DNA of 64,000 bases from Candidatus Peribacter sp. (GTDB lineage Bacteria; Patescibacteriota; Gracilibacteria; Peribacterales; Peribacteraceae): assembly GCA_018652955.1 (NCBI GenBank), contig JABIBA010000013.1, positions 164,253-228,252 of the forward strand, in the 5' to 3' direction. Below, piece after piece: positions 60,369 through 64,000 of this stretch (the stretch's first letter is position 1; each line of letters opens with the position of its first letter). The notes below the pieces were generated by a model. The model saw only the letters and a list, made by a program, of their open reading frames with translations, was not told where the DNA came from and did no database searches. The position numbers and the translations under genes were made by a program.

Positions 60369-62297
60369 CTAAATTGATCGGCGGAATGGAGAAAACTCCT
60401 TTCCACCACCTTCAAAGAACTGAGAAAAGAACTCAATGAATTGAAGACGACCTGAGTGAATGAAACTTCCAAGCGTATTAAGAGCAATGGATACCATGTG
60501 CCCAGCAAGGAAGATCACAATAATAACAGGGACACCCAACCACACAGGGAAGAGGTTTCCGAGTTCGACTGCTACCTGATTGATAGCTGCAGCAATCGCA
60601 CCAGTTACCAGCCCGAGGGCTAGAATACGTAAGTAACTGAGGCCATTGCTGATCATACCGATAATAAAGTTAACAGATCCTAGTAGTCCTGAGATTGGAC
60701 GCAAGAACCACTTCGCACCGTGTCCTTTACCCCATATCATTAGTCCGATAGCACCGTAGAGAATGTACTTTGCGATCTCGGCCATCTCTGCAGGGGCAAA
60801 TGCCAAGAACAAAATAGATCCCAAGAGAATGTGCGAGGTAAAGTCGACCCAGAATGCTTCTACTTTTTTGCCATGGATCCATTTGTGCATTCCTGCGAGG
60901 AACATCCCAAAGAAGAGGTGTGTTACACCGAGTGCAAGTGAGAGGTTTTGCAGGAAGTCGATACCAGACTGCTTACCGAGGTTCCAGATTTGTCCTTTAA
61001 AGAGTAATCCTTCTGCTCCTTGCTTTGTAAGGAAGGCAGGAACCTGCTCTGGAGTTAACCCAAGCCATCCTCCGAATGGAATTGAAACAAAGAATGTCAT
61101 TACTCCACCAAAGAATAAGAGCCATGGGAGCTTTGCTTCCTCAATAGATTTACGACTCTTTAGAAGATAAATACCAAAGATCAATGCAATGATTGCTCCG
61201 TATCCTGCGTCTGTAAGACAGAGTGAGAAGTACAGGATAAAGAATGGAGATAGAGCTGCTGTAGGGTCCATCTCATTACTAAGAGGAAGACCATACAGGC
61301 CGGTAACACTTTCGAATGGTGCCACAATCTTTTTATTCTTTAGGAGTACTGGTACCTCTTCTCCTTCGTCTGCTTTTACTTTAATAAGAGCGATTGCAGG
61401 GTTGAGTTTTTCAAGTTTCTTCTCTACTTCTTCCATGCGACTTGCAGCCATCCACCCGAGAAGGGTCACGGTAGAGTCTGTTGCAGCCATTGATTCACGT
61501 ACTTCTTGCTTTTGGTCTAGCCAGTGCATGAAGAGTTGTACCTTTAGAAGGTTTGGGAGTTCTACGGCGAGCTTCTTTCTTGCGAGAGCGTTCTTTTCGA
61601 TTGCTTCTTCTAGTGTGCGCTCTGCCATTGTTGCCTCTTCGTAACTTTGGCTAGGGGTAGACTCGAATCTTGGTAGTGTTACGTGTGTCCAACCAAGGCT
61701 CGTAGCTATCTCTTCGAATGTACGGAGATCTTCTTTCCAGATAATGGCTACGAATGCGATTTCACCTTCTTCTTTGTCTGATACTTTCTCTAGAACACTA
61801 CGCTTTATACTTTGTGTCATAGAGTCTTGTAGTTTGTGCTGCGCTGCGGCTGGGAGTGTTCCAAAGATTCGTAATGTATTCTCTGATTCGTTTTGATCTT
61901 GAAGGTTTGCGTTTAGGTTTTTCCATGGAGCAAGGTCTGCACGAAGATCTTTGAGTTCTTGAATCTTGCGCGCTGCCTCTGTGTCTTCTTTTTCTAGAGT
62001 GTGTAGCTGAGACACAATGCCCTGCACATCTGTGTGCTTTGCAGCGTGAATAGTATCTTCTACTGATACTTTCTTATTACAGACTGCGAGTGTCTGCTTA
62101 TCAGCAAAGTCTTTGAGTGTCGTTACAGCAAACGCTACTTCTGCTTCCTTATACTCTACTTCTGTGTGATCCAGTACCTGCTTCTCGGCTGCTGCTCGCA
62201 CATCTATTACTCCTTCGTCGTGGAGCATAGAAATAAGGTCTTCTCGGAGAGAAGAGTGAGCAATTATGCCGACTTTTTGCATTTGTACGAGAACCAT
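60369..62297 (-). CDS. ntpI: V/A-type ATPase subunit I (a-subunit, stator/ion channel)
   Basis: 642 aa. Cytoplasmic coiled-coil N-half and polytopic C-half with the essential Arg block GLSYLRILALGL. Confidence 0.88.
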   Translation of the reverse strand: MVLVQMQKVGIIAHSSLREDLISMLHDEGVIDVRAAAEKQVLDHTEVEYKEAEVAFAVTTLKDFADKQTLAVCNKKVSVEDTIHAAKHTDVQGIVSQLHTLEKEDTEAARKIQELKDLRADLAPWKNLNANLQDQNESENTLRIFGTLPAAAQHKLQDSMTQSIKRSVLEKVSDKEEGEIAFVAIIWKEDLRTFEEIATSLGWTHVTLPRFESTPSQSYEEATMAERTLEEAIEKNALARKKLAVELPNLLKVQLFMHWLDQKQEVRESMAATDSTVTLLGWMAASRMEEVEKKLEKLNPAIALIKVKADEGEEVPVLLKNKKIVAPFESVTGLYGLPLSNEMDPTAALSPFFILYFSLCLTDAGYGAIIALIFGIYLLKSRKSIEEAKLPWLLFFGGVMTFFVSIPFGGWLGLTPEQVPAFLTKQGAEGLLFKGQIWNLGKQSGIDFLQNLSLALGVTHLFFGMFLAGMHKWIHGKKVEAFWVDFTSHILLGSILFLAFAPAEMAEIAKYILYGAIGLMIWGKGHGAKWFLRPISGLLGSVNFIIGMISNGLSYLRILALGLVTGAIAAAINQVAVELGNLFPVWLGVPVIIVIFLAGHMVSIALNTLGSFIHSGRLQFIEFFSQFFEGGGKEFSPFRRSI

Positions 62298-62674
62298 TAC
62301 GCTTTAAAGAGAGAATCTGGATCTTTTGCGATAGTTACGAGCTCTTTTGCTGCGGTAGCTTCGTTTCCTTTTGACTGAGATTCGATGTCTTTTACATCGG
62401 ATTCAGCCTCGTTTTCTGCCGCACTCAAAATTTGAGTGAGCTCTGTTTCACTGTATTTCTTTAAATCAGCCTTGGCAGCGGTTTTCATTTCCTCTGTTGC
62501 CTGTGCCTCTTTTTTGGCTACAGCTTGCGAAACTTCTTCTTTCTCCTTTTGCATACCAACGAGCTCTTTTTCGACGCGAGCCTTCTCACGTTTTTCGAGT
62601 TCTTGGATCTGAGTAAATGGAGAGGTCCCTGTTGAAGAATTTTGGGAGCCTTGGGTGGTTTGAGTAGGGTTCAT
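62297..62674 (-). CDS. coiled-coil protein, probable V/A-type ATPase peripheral-stalk subunit G/H
   Basis: 125 aa, highly charged helical (EKREKARVEKELVGMQKEKEE..). First gene of the operon, with a 1-nt overlap with subunit I. Confidence 0.5.
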   Translation of the reverse strand: MNPTQTTQGSQNSSTGTSPFTQIQELEKREKARVEKELVGMQKEKEEVSQAVAKKEAQATEEMKTAAKADLKKYSETELTQILSAAENEAESDVKDIESQSKGNEATAAKELVTIAKDPDSLFKA

Positions 62675-62697
62675 AAGAGTTCTGGTAAATCTTGCGG

Positions 62698-62726
62698 ACT
62701 CTACTCACAGTACGCAGAAAAATCAA
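62698..62726 (-). promoter_or_regulatory. candidate V-ATPase operon promoter TTGATT-17nt-TAGAGT
   Basis: -35 is the reverse complement of aatcaa 62721-62726. -10 is the reverse complement of actcta 62698-62703. 23 nt to ATG 62674. Confidence 0.3.
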
Positions 62727-62740
62727 GGCTCTAAGAGCCG
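62715..62740 (-). terminator. weak rho-independent terminator after NIF3-like gene
   Basis: Minus strand reads GGCTC-tta-GAGCC followed by TTGATTTTTCT. The stem is only 5 bp. Confidence 0.3.
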
Positions 62741-62746
62741 TAATTG

Positions 62747-63709
62747 CTACTTCCTCTTCACCCTGATAAACCCAGAGGTATCTATGGTTTTAATACCTTT
62801 ATCTTCCTTTTGGAGCTTATCGATAAGAAGATTGATACCAATGGCATCAGAGGCCATGTGAGAACACTGGATCATATTTACATGATGCTCTTTTGCGGCA
62901 TCGAGGGTTTTCTCGGTAACGTGCATCGAAAGAATGGTTCCTACTCCTGCTTTGCTTTGGGCTACTAGCTGCTGTTCTGGACCATTGGTACCTCCAGTAA
63001 ACTCTGTAGCGACAATCTTTCCTGGGCGACTTGTTGGGCTACCGTTTACGATAAGCGGTGGATTTCCCTTTTTGGCGTAATATTCGTATTCAGGGATTTT
63101 CATCAGTGCATCAATGATTTCACTGAGGTCTTCGAAGTTCTTAGAACAGATGTGCTTTTCCATAAATGCCCACACGAGGTTATCTGTGATGGTGTGGCAG
63201 CAAAATGCTGGAATATCCATAAGTTCTGCAGCACGCTCTGTTCTAAAGAGGTTATCTGCGTGAATAGATCTCCAGATTTTATCCATGCGAGGCTTTAGGT
63301 GTCCTTCGCTGTGGTTAACCGGAACTCCAGCCTTCGCAAGAACATCAACTTGGAGTGGCATAGACTTTTCGAGGTCTGCAAGTGCACGTCCCTCTGGGTG
63401 GTGAATAAAGAGGCAGTCGATCTTTTGTCCTTTTTCACGAAGACGATCTGCGAGCAACACTTCTGGTGTTTCGATATCGATACCCACCATGAGTACTTTT
63501 ACTTCTTCTTTTCCACTGCCGTTAATAATGCGACTGTCTGAGTACGGGTTCCATGTTCGTTCTTCATCAAAAATATCTTTCCTCCAACCTTTTGCGTTCT
63601 TCATCGCCTCTTTTTGTTTTTTAAAGTAGCGATCAAAGTATTTTTTATCACGCACGTCGGCTTGCATACCAAGTTCTACAGCACGCTTAAACATTTTTTC
63701 GAGTTTCAT
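62747..63709 (-). CDS. NIF3 (DUF34)-like dinuclear-metal-centre protein
   Basis: CLFIHHPEG (HHP), FTGGTNG and CSHMASDAIG blocks fit the NIF3-family layout. 320 aa. Not verified. Confidence 0.5.
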   Translation of the reverse strand: MKLEKMFKRAVELGMQADVRDKKYFDRYFKKQKEAMKNAKGWRKDIFDEERTWNPYSDSRIINGSGKEEVKVLMVGIDIETPEVLLADRLREKGQKIDCLFIHHPEGRALADLEKSMPLQVDVLAKAGVPVNHSEGHLKPRMDKIWRSIHADNLFRTERAAELMDIPAFCCHTITDNLVWAFMEKHICSKNFEDLSEIIDALMKIPEYEYYAKKGNPPLIVNGSPTSRPGKIVATEFTGGTNGPEQQLVAQSKAGVGTILSMHVTEKTLDAAKEHHVNMIQCSHMASDAIGINLLIDKLQKEDKGIKTIDTSGFIRVKRK

Positions 63710-63750
63710 AAAATTAGTGAGAATGAGTTGAGCTGATGATACAGAACCTA

Positions 63751-64000
63751 CTACCCAATCACCACCTTTGCATCGGCAACAATCACATGTGTTTCGTGAA
63801 CGAAGACAGGGTTTAAGTCGATGTCTTTAATTTGTGGGCACTCAGTAACCAACTGCGAAACAGTTTCGAGAAGAGTAGCTACGTGTTCTATATCTAGCTG
63901 CTTTCCGCCACGCATACCAAGAAGGAGATCCCAAGAAATAAGATCTTGTAGGAGGCGATAGGATTCTTCTTTGTCGATTGGCGCTATGCGAAAGGCAGTG
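63751..64000 (-). CDS. C-terminal fragment of ADP-forming acetyl/acyl-CoA synthetase-like protein (ATP-grasp domain), 5' part outside window
   Basis: Open frame from the window edge to TAG 63751-63753: ..LLGMRGGKQLDIEHVATLLETVSQLVTECPQIKDIDLNPVFVHETHVIVADAKVVIG. This resembles the C-terminal ..G.RG....D......L..........I.E.DLNP.......DA.I pattern. Confidence 0.5.
   Translation of the reverse strand, partial: TAFRIAPIDKEESYRLLQDLISWDLLLGMRGGKQLDIEHVATLLETVSQLVTECPQIKDIDLNPVFVHETHVIVADAKVVIG

Noticed and set aside
1-64000. Alternative genetic code (UGA recoded, as in some candidate phyla)
   Set aside because: Many genes end at TGA with ATGA overlaps to the next gene (e.g. 20069-20072, 25939-25942). 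RF2, the UGA-reading factor, is present with a UGA-dependent autoregulatory frameshift.

Overview
Compact, gene-dense bacterial chromosome segment. It uses the standard code: TGA acts as a stop and RF2 is present. It probably comes from an uncultivated small-genome (CPR/Patescibacteria-like) lineage, but that taxonomic call is inference only. 1-15.1 kb holds housekeeping genes: M16 peptidase, ndk, S41 protease, RNase HI-like, VanW, recO, ftsX, bifunctional PBP1A, yebC, rpsF-rpsR, tRNA-Thr(GGU), sufU-sufS. 15.2-44.0 kb is a ~28 kb surface-glycan island. It has about 12 glycosyltransferase-type genes (7 GT4, 2 GT2, exostosin-like, DXD-type, GT-C-like), dTDP-sugar genes, and methyl-, acetyl- (MBOAT+SGNH) and carbamoyl-transfer modules. 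It also contains two large cytoplasmic orphans: 538 aa with a cNMP-binding domain, and 808 aa with no recognisable domain. 44-64 kb holds rpmB, two paralogous secreted Cys-pair repeat proteins flanking arfB, an ECF sigma/anti-sigma pair, a 56-aa histone-fold ORF that falls below the ORF-track cutoff, prfB with its programmed +1 frameshift, infC-rpmI-rplT, an 11-gene V/A-type ATPase operon with two non-canonical inserted ORFs and a Na+-type c-ring signature, a NIF3-like gene and a partial ADP-forming acyl-CoA synthetase. Across the window, Shine-Dalgarno motifs are nearly absent by eye. Instead (TGn)TAnnnT -10 boxes sit 6-11 nt upstream of many start codons (leaderless-type architecture). Three divergent gene pairs have overlapping -10 boxes inside 15-25 bp junctions, and convergent genes frequently overlap at their stop codons. 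No CRISPR array, rRNA, transposase or integrase was seen.
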